Source: Azolla caroliniana (Eukaryota > Plantae > Polypodiophyta). Taken from it: a stretch of DNA of 64,000 nt. Position numbers and translations under genes: made by a program. The notes below the pieces were generated by a model. It searched no databases. It was not told the DNA's origin and saw nothing but the letters and a program-made list of their open reading frames with translations. The stretch is taken from the NCBI GenBank assembly GCA_043228905.1, contig JBHGNT010000018.1, positions 1,116,001 to 1,180,000 of the forward strand, read 5' to 3'. Within the stretch, counting starts at the first letter, position 1. Each line of letters opens with the position of its first letter. Shown here piece by piece: positions 32,189 to 43,700 of this stretch.

Positions 32189-34330
32189 TCAGTTTTCGGA
32201 ACCGAGGGAGTCGCGGTTACGTTCGTGGTTCGGCCGTACCGTCAGAAACTGGACCGAATGGCGCCCGTCTTGGCTTTTGACCCTTGCGTAGGCCGAACCA
32301 TTGTCCAGCACCTTGGTCTCCATTCGCGCCGCCGTGATGTACGACTCTCCCAGTATGACCGGATGCGAAGACGTCTCCTGCACGAAGAAGTGCTGGTCAA
32401 TCTCGACGTCGCCGATCTTGACTCGCACATTCGGACAGGCCCCGTGCAGTTCCTCGGTGGCGCGCGTTGCTGCCCTTATTTTCCACCCGTGCTTGGTGTT
32501 GATCGGCCATCTGCCCTTCTTATAGAAGTCCATGGACATCAAATTGATCTCCGATCCGTGGTCCACCAAAGCTATCACCGGTTCCTGGACATCGCCGATC
32601 TTCACCGGGGTTTCCGTGGTCGCTCGGGCCCAGTGCGGTCTCGAATAGTGGCTTTCCGCCCACTCGTCTCCCAGCGCCATGTCGTCTAGGTGCGTCGTCC
32701 GCACTTCCACCGGTCTTTCCGGTTCTGTCTCCGTTGACAGCCTCTTCCGTTTCACCAAGTCCACGATGGAGTCGTGGAACTCCTTCTTGGCGATACCCAG
32801 CACCTCTCGTAACGACAACTCCACCTTGCTGTCGAGGATCCGTTCCTCCAGGACCTTTCGTAAGTCCGTGGTCCTTTCTATCTCCGTTCCCAGACGGTAC
32901 CCGCCCTTCTGGGGTTTATCTTGCGTACCGGCCCCGCCGGCTTCGTCCCGTCGTGGCCCGGACCGGGTCTCGTATCGTTGTGAGGGCCCGGTCGTCCCAG
33001 GTTTCCCCACCCGCTTCTCTTCTACCAGAGCCTCGTAGTTCTGGCAAGCGGCTTCCACGAAGCCCGTCTTTTCCTCGACCGGGTCGCTCCACCCGGTCAT
33101 CTCCCGTACCCGTTCCTCCGCACGGTCCGATTCCTCCCTTTTAAGCCTTGCACCGGCAAGGCCTTCCAGCATCGTCGGCCAGAATCCGGCTTTGCTTTCC
33201 CTTCGGGCCTCGCCGCCCCCGACTCGAATTCCGGCCGACGCCGAGTAGTGGACGGTTTCCGCGTGTCGGGCCGCCGCCTCTTCCATCACCCTTTTCATAC
33301 CACCTCGCCCGTCGTTTCGGCTCAGGGCCCTTCGGGTGTCGCCGGCATGCACCCGTCCTTCCCACAGGTACACCACCCTGTTCCTCAGCGCCTCCGCGAA
33401 GTCGCCGCTGTCCTTCCGAATGTGGCCGACTTCATCGCACCACATGCACCTGTTTCCTGCCGCCGGCCGTCGGTCACGAGCCGGTTCGCCACCTTCCCTT
33501 CGGGCTTGCGCGATTTGGAGGTCCTTTATCGCCCTCGTCAATTCCTCCAGCGCCGCTCCTCCGGTTGAGCCTCTGACTACGCCGGTCGAAGCTGAACCGG
33601 TTTCCAACCACTCTCGGGTCTCTTCCTTTCGCACCTGTGGCGCTGGTTCGAGCTTCCTTGCTGCGACCGAGCCCGACCCGGTTGCCCCATTATCCGCCCA
33701 TTCTCGCCGTTTGTCGAAACGGCCACAGACTTTCTTGACAGCCGCCCAGTCGGTAGTGAGCCCGTCTTCGGTTTCCAGCAAGAGGCCCACTTGCTCCCGA
33801 TCCCGCTCGTCGACCGACTTGACAAACAGCAAGACCCGGCTCGTGTCCAGGATGGTTCGGTCGAGTGCCGAAAGGCGCGCAAAGTTTCCCTCGAACTCCC
33901 GGAGGAGTGCCGACGCGTTTCTTCCCTTCCCCGGGGACTCCACCCATTCCATGAACCTTCGCTTCGAAAGCCGGAGCGCGTCGTCCAGCCCGTATTTCTC
34001 TAGGAGCCGGCCTTCGAACTCCTCCCAGGTACGGCTCTCCGCCCGCACCTCGAGCACCTCCGCATGGATGCTCGGCATCGCCACTCGGGGAAATCCGGCA
34101 AGACGCCTTTCTTCCGGAATGTCCCGCATCAGCATCTCTGCACTGTAGGACGCCAAATACTTCGTGGCATCCTTCCCATCGAACCGGCCGATCGTGCCGA
34201 CGACCGCCTCAATAGCTCTGTCGAGGGCACCGGTGCCCTCGCGCGCGTTTACAATCCGATCCACGGCCGAAGCCATGGCCTCTGCAAGATCCGACCCCCT
34301 CATCTTCTGCTCTTCTGCCGCCTCCTTCAC
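32189..34330 (-). CDS. gag: gag-protease of C; CGA>TGA stop four codons early, just before the slippery site
   Basis: Near-identical to B gag-PR; last knuckle Cys changed to Ser. Confidence 0.88.
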   Translation of the reverse strand: MKEAAEEQKMRGSDLAEAMASAVDRIVNAREGTGALDRAIEAVVGTIGRFDGKDATKYLASYSAEMLMRDIPEERRLAGFPRVAMPSIHAEVLEVRAESRTWEEFEGRLLEKYGLDDALRLSKRRFMEWVESPGKGRNASALLREFEGNFARLSALDRTILDTSRVLLFVKSVDERDREQVGLLLETEDGLTTDWAAVKKVCGRFDKRREWADNGATGSGSVAARKLEPAPQVRKEETREWLETGSASTGVVRGSTGGAALEELTRAIKDLQIAQARREGGEPARDRRPAAGNRCMWCDEVGHIRKDSGDFAEALRNRVVYLWEGRVHAGDTRRALSRNDGRGGMKRVMEEAAARHAETVHYSASAGIRVGGGEARRESKAGFWPTMLEGLAGARLKREESDRAEERVREMTGWSDPVEEKTGFVEAACQNYEALVEEKRVGKPGTTGPSQRYETRSGPRRDEAGGAGTQDKPQKGGYRLGTEIERTTDLRKVLEERILDSKVELSLREVLGIAKKEFHDSIVDLVKRKRLSTETEPERPVEVRTTHLDDMALGDEWAESHYSRPHWARATTETPVKIGDVQEPVIALVDHGSEINLMSMDFYKKGRWPINTKHGWKIRAATRATEELHGACPNVRVKIGDVEIDQHFFVQETSSHPVILGESYITAARMETKVLDNGSAYARVKSQDGRHSVQFLTVRPNHERNRDSLGSEN

Positions 34331-36234
34331 GTCGGGTTCACCAAAGATGTCGAGATATTTCGCAAGTGCGTGTGGAAACGAGGCGGGACCGCGAGGGTCT
34401 CGAACCAAAGAGCAAGCGAGGGAGGAGAAAGAGAGAGAACCGGCTACGCAGGACCGGGGATACACAGGGACACGGCCCTTCAGCACGGAGAACGCGAACA
34501 GACACTGACACCGACAGATGCGAATGACTAAATATGTATATTAAGAAAAATGGCTGACACGACTACAACCCTCGATGGGGCACAGGTTGGCTACAACCGA
34601 ACAGGCCGGCGAACAGATGCCGATGCCTGTTCGCTTCGACGCACAAAGGGGTAGCAGGTCGGAGGTGCTGCCGGAAGCACTCGGGCGTTCCTCAAAACAG
34701 CGCGAGCCTCCTCGGAACCCTGCACAGAAAAGCTATGGAGCTCGAGAAGGAAGGGAAACAGAGAGAGAAGCGTCCAGAAACGGTCCGACAACACTTCGTC
34801 CTCTCTGCGCGAGATGCCTGCAACAGCTCTTTTCTGCTCCTTATATAGGCCGACGAGCAGGCCGTCATGTCAGCTTTATTCCCTGTCCCTTTTGGACAGG
34901 GATCCGCTCCGTTCTTCACGCATCCGCGTAGTTACGCCGCCGACTCGTACAGTTCCTTAGCTCGCGCGCGCGACCGAAAAGACTGTTCGCGCGGTCTTCG
35001 TCTCCACTTGTGTTAGGGCCCGTTCCTGCCGATTATCCTCCTAATTCGCTTCTATGTACAACTTGAAGCGTGCGTGCGTGAAGAACCGGTTCCCACGCCT
35101 TGGTGTGCCGATTCCGCTTATGGACGGTTTTCTTCACGACAGCGGTCAAGTGGATACTCCGGTACATGAAGGGAACTTCGAGTATGTGCCTCTGATTTGG
35201 CTCCGGTAAACCCCTCATGGAAGGCTTTACCGATTCGGATATGTCGGCTGATGTGGACACCAGCCAATCAACTTCCAGATATGTCATGACCTATGCAGGG
35301 GGAGCCATTTCATGGCAGTCGAGGTTGTAGAAGACGGTTGCGTTGTCAACCACGGAGACGGAGTACATGGCAACTGTGGAAGCCGGCAAGGGAATATTAT
35401 GGATGAAGAACTTCATCGGAGAGCTCGGGATCCGGCAAGAGGAATATTGGCTCTAGTGCGACACTCAAAATGCCATCCACCTTGCAAAGAACGTGACATA
35501 CCATTCCAGAACGAAGCACATCTAGCGCAGGTACCACTAAATCCGGGAGCGAGTTGAAGATCGAGAGTTCATGCTGACGAAGATCCACACGGAGGAGAAC
35601 GGGTCGGATATGCTGACCAAGGTGCTGACACCCGACAAGCTGGATGCATGCCGGAAGCGGATTAGATTGACGAGGCATCCCATGCCGAAGTAAAGGGAGA
35701 GTTTATTGGGATTTCGGTCCCTCCGGATGGGATATGAGTACCCGGCAATGGAAGACCCGGTGAGAACCTCTCACCGGATGAAGGGACATATAGGTAAATA
35801 TGTTTTTGAGAGCCCATTGGGGCTATACTTGCAAATAACCCTAATGTCATATTAGTATATATGACCTTGGGCAAACACTTATAGTGATGTTGGTTATTCT
35901 TTGTGTTGTTGTAACTACTGTATAGAGTGAGTGTGAGAGAGAGAGATACAGAGTGATTCTCTGTTGTAACCGCCACTAGGCGAAGAGTGTGAGCACAAGG
36001 TCGTTAACTATGTGCCGCCTGTTGTATTCTTTTGATATAATGATAGTTCGGAGTCTGTGGGCTCCGGTGGTTTTTCCCTCTCAGGGTTTTCCACGTTAAC
36101 ATCTTGTGTACTCTCTTTCAGTGTTTTGTGTATACGTGCATCTATCTTCACATTCCCATTTCTATGTTTGTAATTCTCAACAAAGTGATAGAAGACTCGG
36201 TTGTGGCCAAGCATTATTCCGCATATTCCCTTCA

Positions 36235-37922
36235 CCATCCGATCCCGGTCAGGCTCGTGTCTACCGTAATGTAGATTGGGACGTCCTTGCCATAAACCGC
36301 TTTCCGGAGTGCCGGTGCCACGGTTTGCGCTTCCTTCAGCCTACGAACCGACTCCGCATGCTCTGCGCCCCACTCGAATTTATGCTCCTTCTTCAGCAAC
36401 CCGTAGAGCGGCTCCGCGACGTATGCGCAGTGTGGCTCCACGATATGGTAGAACGCGCACGTGCCTAGGAACCTCCGCACCTCTGTAACCGACTTGCATT
36501 CTTCCTTCATTGTGGAGATGGCTTCCACCTTTGCCGGGGACGGTTTCCGACCGTAAGGCCCGCACAAGTGCCCGACCACCAAGATCTCCGACTGCCCAAA
36601 AGCCGATTTACCTCCAGAGAAGGTGAACCGCGCGTCCTCAAGTCTTTGGAGCACCTTCTCGCAGTCGCCGATGTCGTCCACTACGAATCTTCGGCAACCG
36701 TCCGGCCCAACTGACTCATCCTTCTCTTCCACCCGGCACCCTTTTATCGGGATGTCATCCTAGAATGGCATGGTGATATCCGGGATGCAATCCGTCAGCA
36801 CCTTATTCATCGCATTCACCATGTGCGCCACTGAATTGGTCCCTCCTTGCGGCAGGGTACACATCCGCACTAACCCGAGAGGAGTTCGCATCGTCGTAAT
36901 ATCCCTGCTCTCCACGGCTAGTTGGAACTGATTGTACCCTGAGTACAGGTCCCCGACCGAATAGATCGAACTTCTGGCGAAGGCCTCTACGAACTCGTCT
37001 ATGGTCGGTCTGATACCTACGTTCCAAATGGTCACCTTGTTAATTGACTATAGGTCCTGAATGAAGCGCATCGTGTCATTCTTCTTCGGCACGATAAACC
37101 ACCGGTTCGAATATGGGGCACTCGACGACTTGAGGATGCCCATCTCCACCTTCTCCTTCAGTAGCTCCATCAACCTCGGGATGTGAGCTCTGGGTACCGG
37201 AATCGGCTTGAGATTCTACGGCACATGCAGTACCGTGAAGATCACCATTGTTTCCACGATCCTCGGGTCTACTCACCCGATCTCCCCCGACGCGAATGCG
37301 AAGGCCTTCCCGTGCCTTCTGAGCATTCTCCGAAACCTCTCCTCCTCCGTTGGCAGTAGGAAGCCACCCCCACCGACCTTGAGCTCCCGTAGCGTTATGT
37401 CGGTGAACCAGTGTCCTATGTCGGCCGGATTCCGTAAACTCGGGTCCCGCGCGACCCCTTTCATTCGTCCCTCGTTGTCCTCCGGCAAGGGTGCCGTGAC
37501 TGGCCTCACCTTCCGGTCCACAATCTTGTACTTCGTATCCACGCAGGCCGTCCGATTCGACCTGACCCTTTCCCCGAAGTTGGCAATGACTTCGTACATT
37601 TCCACCGAGTTGACCGGAATCACCCGGTCTTCACTGAGGCGTATGTCGACCACCTTTCCCATTTCCCCCAAGGTGTCGTCGAAAGAGACCACCGGCTCCA
37701 CGACGTTGCTAATTTCTTCGTCGGGGCGGAGGACTCTGCACTCTTTGAACCTTTTCACACGTGTGTACGCTGAACCGTTATCCAGCACCTTTGTCTCCAT
37801 GCGTGCCGCCATAATGTACGGATCGCCGAGTATCACCGGGTGTGAGGATGTCTCCTGCACGAAGAAGTGCTGATCAATCTTGACATCACCGATTTTCACG
37901 CGTACATTTGGGCAGGCCCCGT
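36235..37922 (-). pseudogene. Older gypsy I (Trp-primed family): PR end, RT and RNase H start
   Basis: Fragmented homologs of B; continues at 49830-50359 across J. Confidence 0.85.
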
Positions 37923-38643
37923 TGTCGAGGTATTCCTCGCGGATGCGTTGAACGAGGCGGGACCTCGGGGGTCTTGTACCGAAGAGCAAGAGAGAAAAGG
38001 AGAGAGGAAGAGACCCACAAGGTGCGAACGTAGATTCACAGGGACACGGCCCTTCGACATAGAGACACGAGTGCGACAACGACACAGAGAGACACGAATG
38101 TATCTAAAATTATATAAACAAGACAAACAACAAGAAGCACGAAGTCGGTTACAACCGAACAGGCCGGCGAACAGATGCCGATGCCTGTTCGTAAACGCAT
38201 AGAAAGGAAAGAGTAGGTTGGAGGTGCTGCCGGAAGCACTCGGGCATTCCTCAGAGCAACGCGAGCCTCCCGAAACTTGCACAGCAAGAAGCTACGGAGT
38301 TTACGAGCCAGAGAGAGAGAGAGCGAGAGAGAGAGAAGCCTTCCGCCCACAGACTGACAACACTTCGTCCTCGACTTTCCGCGATCCTTCGCCCCTCCTC
38401 GTCTCCCTCCTTTTATAGGCAAGGAAGGAGCCGTTTCCCCTTTTACTTCCTACCTACCGAATCTACCTGCCTAGGATCTTCTATGTACAACATAAGGCGC
38501 ACGTGCATGAAGAGCCGGTTCCTACGCTTCGGTGCACCGATTCCGCTTGTGGACGGTTTTCTTCACGACATCCGCCCCCACCTAACCGCACATCCACCGG
38601 CATGCGCCAAATTGAGTTGGGACGGAGAAAACCGGTCCAGCCT

Positions 38644-40585
38644 TCATTCCCCGCCCGCCTGTCCATCCTCGGTTTCGGATCGTTCGTGGTCGCGGTCCAG
38701 GTCAACCGGATCCGGCTCGTCGTCGTGACGCTTCTTGAACGCTTTGATCCGCTTCCCAGCTACCGGTATCGCCACTCTCGTGCCGTCGAGTTCCGCCAGA
38801 TGGTACGTCTCGTTGTTGTTGGCGCTTTGTACCACGTAAGGCCCGAACCACCTTCTTGCGAACTTCCGTGTCGCTCGGTGTTGGTTGTCGAGGCTGCTGT
38901 CGTAGACTAGCACCCAGTCGCCTTCCTCAATTTACCTTGGTCGGAGCCGGTGCGTCCGGTCGAACCGGGCTTTGTTCCTCGTCCTAGCCACCCGAAGCTT
39001 TTCCGCAGCCTGCTCCACGTCCTCCGGCCTTCGCTCGAGCTGACGTATGCGCGCCGCCAATAGTTCCTCCCGGCTCATCTCGTCTCTCCAGTCCATGGTT
39101 GCCCACGAGGAGATCGTACGCTCCATCGGCATGATCGGCTTCTGCCCAAACATGAGCTCTACCGTCATGAATCCGGTTACTAAACTGTGCGTAGTTCGGT
39201 CAGCCCACAACGCGTAAGGCAGCAGCCGCGGCCAGTTCCCGACTTGACCCCCGCATGCCCGAACTAACGCCTTGACTATCGGTCCGTGTCCGCGCTCCAC
39301 CTTCCCATTCGCCTCCGGACTGTATGCATTGGTAAGCGAGAGCTTGACTCCTAGCCGGTCGAACAGCTCCTCGGCCTCTTCGGCGTCCAACTCCCCACGA
39401 TCAGCCACGATCTTCCCGACGCACCCGTACCGGCATATCACGTCCTCGATCAGGAACCAACATACGGCCGCGGTCCTTTTGTTCTGAAGGGCGCGGCTTT
39501 CTACCTGGTTCGTCAGATCTTCCCGAGCCAGAACTAGATACCGCATTTGTCCTACTCCCATCGGCATCGTCACCAGATCTACCATCCATTTGAAGTGGAT
39601 GGTCGGAGGGTACGTAGGGTGCAGCCCGTCCCGATGTCGGACTACGGAGTGCATCTGACAGCTCTCGCAAGTTGTCACGAACCGATGCACGTCCCCTTTA
39701 TCTTCTCGAACGTGGCCCACGTTCCACGGTGTCCAGCCTAGGGGCTGTCGTGGTAGGCCGTCAGCAGCTCCTCCTGTTCTTCCTTCATCGCCACCACCCG
39801 GAGCGGGACGCCGTTCCTCTTCTTCGGGTGCTTCCATAAGTATCTGTCCCGAAGAAAGAATTGGTATGCTTTCTTCCGGATCCGGTTGGCCTCGTCCCTC
39901 GTCCATGACACATCCGGCGTCATTGTCCTCAAAAACCCACCGATCTAGAGCCACTCGCCGTCGTACTTGCTCTCGTCGAAGCCGTTAAGTGCCGGAGTGC
40001 TTGTCCCATCGGTCGTCACATACGCCGCCTCGAAGAAGTCCACGCCGACTTCTTCGTCCTCCGAAACCATGCCACCCTCGTTATCAAACCTCGCCCTCGA
40101 AAGCATGTCGGCCATGGCGTTGTCCTTTCCGGAAATGTGTCGTATATCTGGGTCCAGGGACTTGATGTACGCTATCCACCTGAGCATCGCGAGGTCCGGT
40201 GTCGCGCATCTGGAAACTATGCCGAGAATTGGCAGGCAATCCGCCTCGATAATCACTTCTGTCCCGATCAGGTAGTCTTTGTCGGCCTTTACTGCCGAAA
40301 CGATACCCCAGAGTTCACGTTTAACCTGGGCGTACCCTCGCTGTCGCTCACTGAGGACCTTCGCGCCGAATCGGATCGGGAACCGAATGCCGTCCTCGTC
40401 TTCTTGGTTGACGACCCATCCGATCCCGGTCGGACTCATATCCACCGTTATGTATACCGGGATACCCTTCTCGTAGACAGCCTTCCGGAGCGTCGGTGCT
40501 GCCGCAAGAGCTTCCTTTAGCTTTCGAACCGACTCCGTGTGCTCGTCTCGCCACTCGAATTTTCGCCCCTTCTTCAGCAACCCGT
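38644..40585 (-). pseudogene. pol: RNase H and integrase of J
   Basis: Fragmented ORFs 39945..40580, 38932..39954, 38644..38913 homologous to B pol. Confidence 0.88.
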
Positions 40586-40663
40586 TGTCGAGGTATTCCT
40601 CGCGGATGCGTGGAGTGAGCCGGTTCCTACCGATTCCGCTTGTGGACGGTTTTCTTCACGACA
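40586..40663 (-). mobile_element. 78-bp mini solo LTR of the A/J subfamily with its own TSD
   Basis: TGTCGAGGTATTCC...TTCTTCACGACA flanked by CCGT on both sides. Confidence 0.9.
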
Positions 40664-40743
40664 CCGTATAGCGGCTCTGCAACGTGGGCGTAATGCGGGA
40701 TCCATATGTGGTAGAACGCGCATGCCCCCAGGAACCTCCGAAC

Positions 40744-43700
40744 TGTTAGGAAATTGACGCTTTCAAAACCTTCACCTCTCAGCCACAACCGAGGAAACAC
40801 GAATCAATGCAGACACAGAGAGAGACTCCGAATGCACAGGGTTTAGCGTGGAAAAACCCTAGACGGGAAAAAACCACGGGAGTGCAAGACTCCAACTATC
40901 ACTATAAGCAGGGAATGTACAATGGCGAGCTGCAAGGCGACGACCTTGAGCTCGCTGTCCTCGCCACAGGCGGCGGTATTACACAGAGGCGTCGACCTCT
41001 TCCTTTCTCTCTCTCTCTCACTCTCTCTCTCTCGGCTGCTCTCACTTCGCTCCCTCTAAGTGGAAAACAGAAAAAATGAGCAACAACACCAAAATTGTTT
41101 TGCCCTAAGTCATATTTATACACATATGACTTTCGGGCTATTTACAAATATAGCCTCAAGGGCCCTTGCCAAACATATTCACAAATATGTCCCCGCATCT
41201 GGATCTCTCTCCGGGTACATTCGTCATCCGGCTCCGTAGCCGGGGTCTTCGTCATCTGGCTCCGTAGCCGGGGTCTTCGTCATCCGGCTCCGTAGCCGGG
41301 GTCTTCATCATCCGGCTCCGTAGCCGGGGTCTTCATCATCCGGATCCAGAACCGGGTCTTCATCATCCGGCTCCTGAACCGGGTCTTCATTCCTGATTCC
41401 CGGACATCCGACCATCCCATCCGGAGGGACCGTAATCCCAACAAACTCCCCCTTCACTTCGGCATGGGATGTCTTTCCAGTCCGACCCTCTTCCGGCACG
41501 CTTCCAGCTTGTCGGGTGTGAGCACTTTGGTCAACATATCTGACCCGTTCTCGTCCGTGTGGATCTTCGTCAGCACGAACTCCTGGTCTTCTATCCTTTC
41601 CCGGATCCAGTGATATCTTCGCTGGATGTGCTTCGTCCGGGAGTGATAGGCCGCGTTCTTCGCAAGGTGGATGGCACTCTGACTGTCGCAGTAGAGTCGG
41701 TACTCCTCCTGCCGGATACCGAGCTCTCTAATGAAGTCCTTCATCCATATCATTTCCTTGCCGGCTTCAACAGCCGCCATGTACTCCGCCTCCGTGGTTG
41801 ACAATGCAACCGTCTTCTGCAGCCTCGACTGCCACGAAACAGCTCCCCCTGCATACGTCATCACATACCCTGATGTGGACCGGTTGGTATCTGCATCAGC
41901 GGACATATCCGAATCGGTAAAGCTGTCGAGTTCGGGCTTACCGGAGCCGAATCGGAGGCACACGTTTGCCGTGCCCTTCAGGTATCGGAGTATCCACTTG
42001 GCCGCGTTCCAGTGTTCTTTGCCGGGATTGCTCATGTACCGGCTCACCACTCCGACTGCATATCCTATGTCCGGTCTTGTACACACCATTGCGTACATCA
42101 AGCTTCCGACGGCAGAGGCGTATGGTACTTTCATCATGTCCTCCTTCTCAGCCTTTGTCTTGGGGCTTTGCTTGCTGGACAGCTTGCTGGACAGCTTGAA
42201 GTTTGCCGGGAGGGTTGACCCGACCAGTCTTGCTTCCGACATGTTGAACCGGTGAAGCACCTTTGTCACGTACTTCTCCTGTGACAGCCACAACTGCTTC
42301 TTCTTCCGGTCCCGGATGATGTGCATCCCTAGTATTTGCCTCGCCGGACCCTGGTCCTTCATTGAGAAGGTTCGGTGAAGCGCTTTCTTCAGCATCCGTA
42401 TCTTGACCTGGTCCCGTCCGACGATCAACATGTCGTCCACGTACAGGAGGAGTATTAGAAAGTCTCCTCCTTCGAACTTCTTCACAAACACGCAGTGATC
42501 GGACTGCGTTTTGTGGTACCCTTCGTCGGTCATGAAAGAGTCGAACTTCCGGTACCATTGCCGGGGAGCCTGCTTCAGTCCGTAAAGGCTCTTCTTCAAC
42601 CGGCATACCAGGTGTTCCTTCCCTTTCTTCTCGAATCCTTCCGGTTGCTGCATGTAGATCTCTTCTTCGAGGTCACCGTGAAGGAATGCCGTCTTCACGT
42701 CCATCTGTTCTACCTCGAGGTCCATGCTTGCCGCTATGCTCAGCACCGTCCGGATGGAGGTCATCTTCACTACCGGGGCAAATATCTCGTCGAAGTCGAC
42801 GCCCTTCTTCTGCTGGAACCCCTTCACCACGATCCTGGCTTTGTATCTCGGGGGGTTTCCGGCATCTCCCAGTTTCAGCTTGAACACCCACTTGTTTCGA
42901 AGTGCCCGCTTTCCTTTCGGCAACTCCACAAGTTCATATGTGTGGTTCTCATGCAGGGAATCCATCTCCTCCTGCATGGCACTTAACCACCTGCGGCTAT
43001 GGGTGTCAAGCTTTGCTTCTTCAAAACTCTCCGGCTCCCCCTCGTCGGTTAGCAGCATGTGCTCTGGTTCCGGAAATCTCCGGGGGGCCCTTCTCTCTCT
43101 TAGAGGATATCTCCGTTCCGGAGCTTCGGTAACCGGCTCCTCCGTTTCCTCTTCATCCGAATCCATTTCGGGATTGGGGCCGGTTCCGGTATCAGTTTCA
43201 TCTTCCTCGGCCGGTTCTGTTTCTTCACCGTCTTCGGCCGGATCCTCGAGTGCTAACCGGTCCCTTGCCGGTCGGGACTGCTCCTCGTAGAGTTGATCCT
43301 CACCGGTCGACTTGGAGCTCTTCATCTTCTTCTCCAACTCCCAGTCGGCGAGTGTCTTGTCCTCCATGAAGATGATATCACGACTCCGGAATATCTTTTT
43401 GTCGACCGGGTCCCATACTCGGTAGCCGAACTCGTCATCGCCGTAACCGAGGAATATGCATGGCCGGGTCTTTGGATCTAGCTTTCCTCTCCGGTCCTTT
43501 GCCACATGCAGATATGCGAGACACCCGAACACCTTCAGATGCCGGTAGGATACTTCCCTACTGGTCCACACTCTCTACGGCGTGTCTCCGTCCAAAGGTA
43601 CTGAGGGTGATCTGTTTATCACGTATGTCGCCGTCGACATTGCCTCAGCCCAAAACCCCTTGGGTAATTTCGCATGCGCCAGCATACTCCGGACCCTCTC

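Larger units (their letters stand above)
27833..35141 (-). mobile_element. Ty3/gypsy element C (Trp-primed family), full length, lightly degenerate
   Basis: 794-bp LTRs 27833-28626 and 34348-35141; TSD GCGG; PBS 34326-34343; PPT after 28626. Confidence 0.96.
25363..36234 (+). mobile_element. 5'-truncated degenerate copia H (pol + 3' LTR 35704-36234), interrupted by C
   Basis: pol fragments 25363-27832 and 35146-35693 homologous to D; PPT near 35692-35701; LTR start mutated to TATTGGG. Confidence 0.87.

Noticed and set aside
34330-34486. gag frame open from LTR across the PBS
   Set aside because: The intact copy B has an in-frame stop there and A/J use different upstream sequence; likely incidental.
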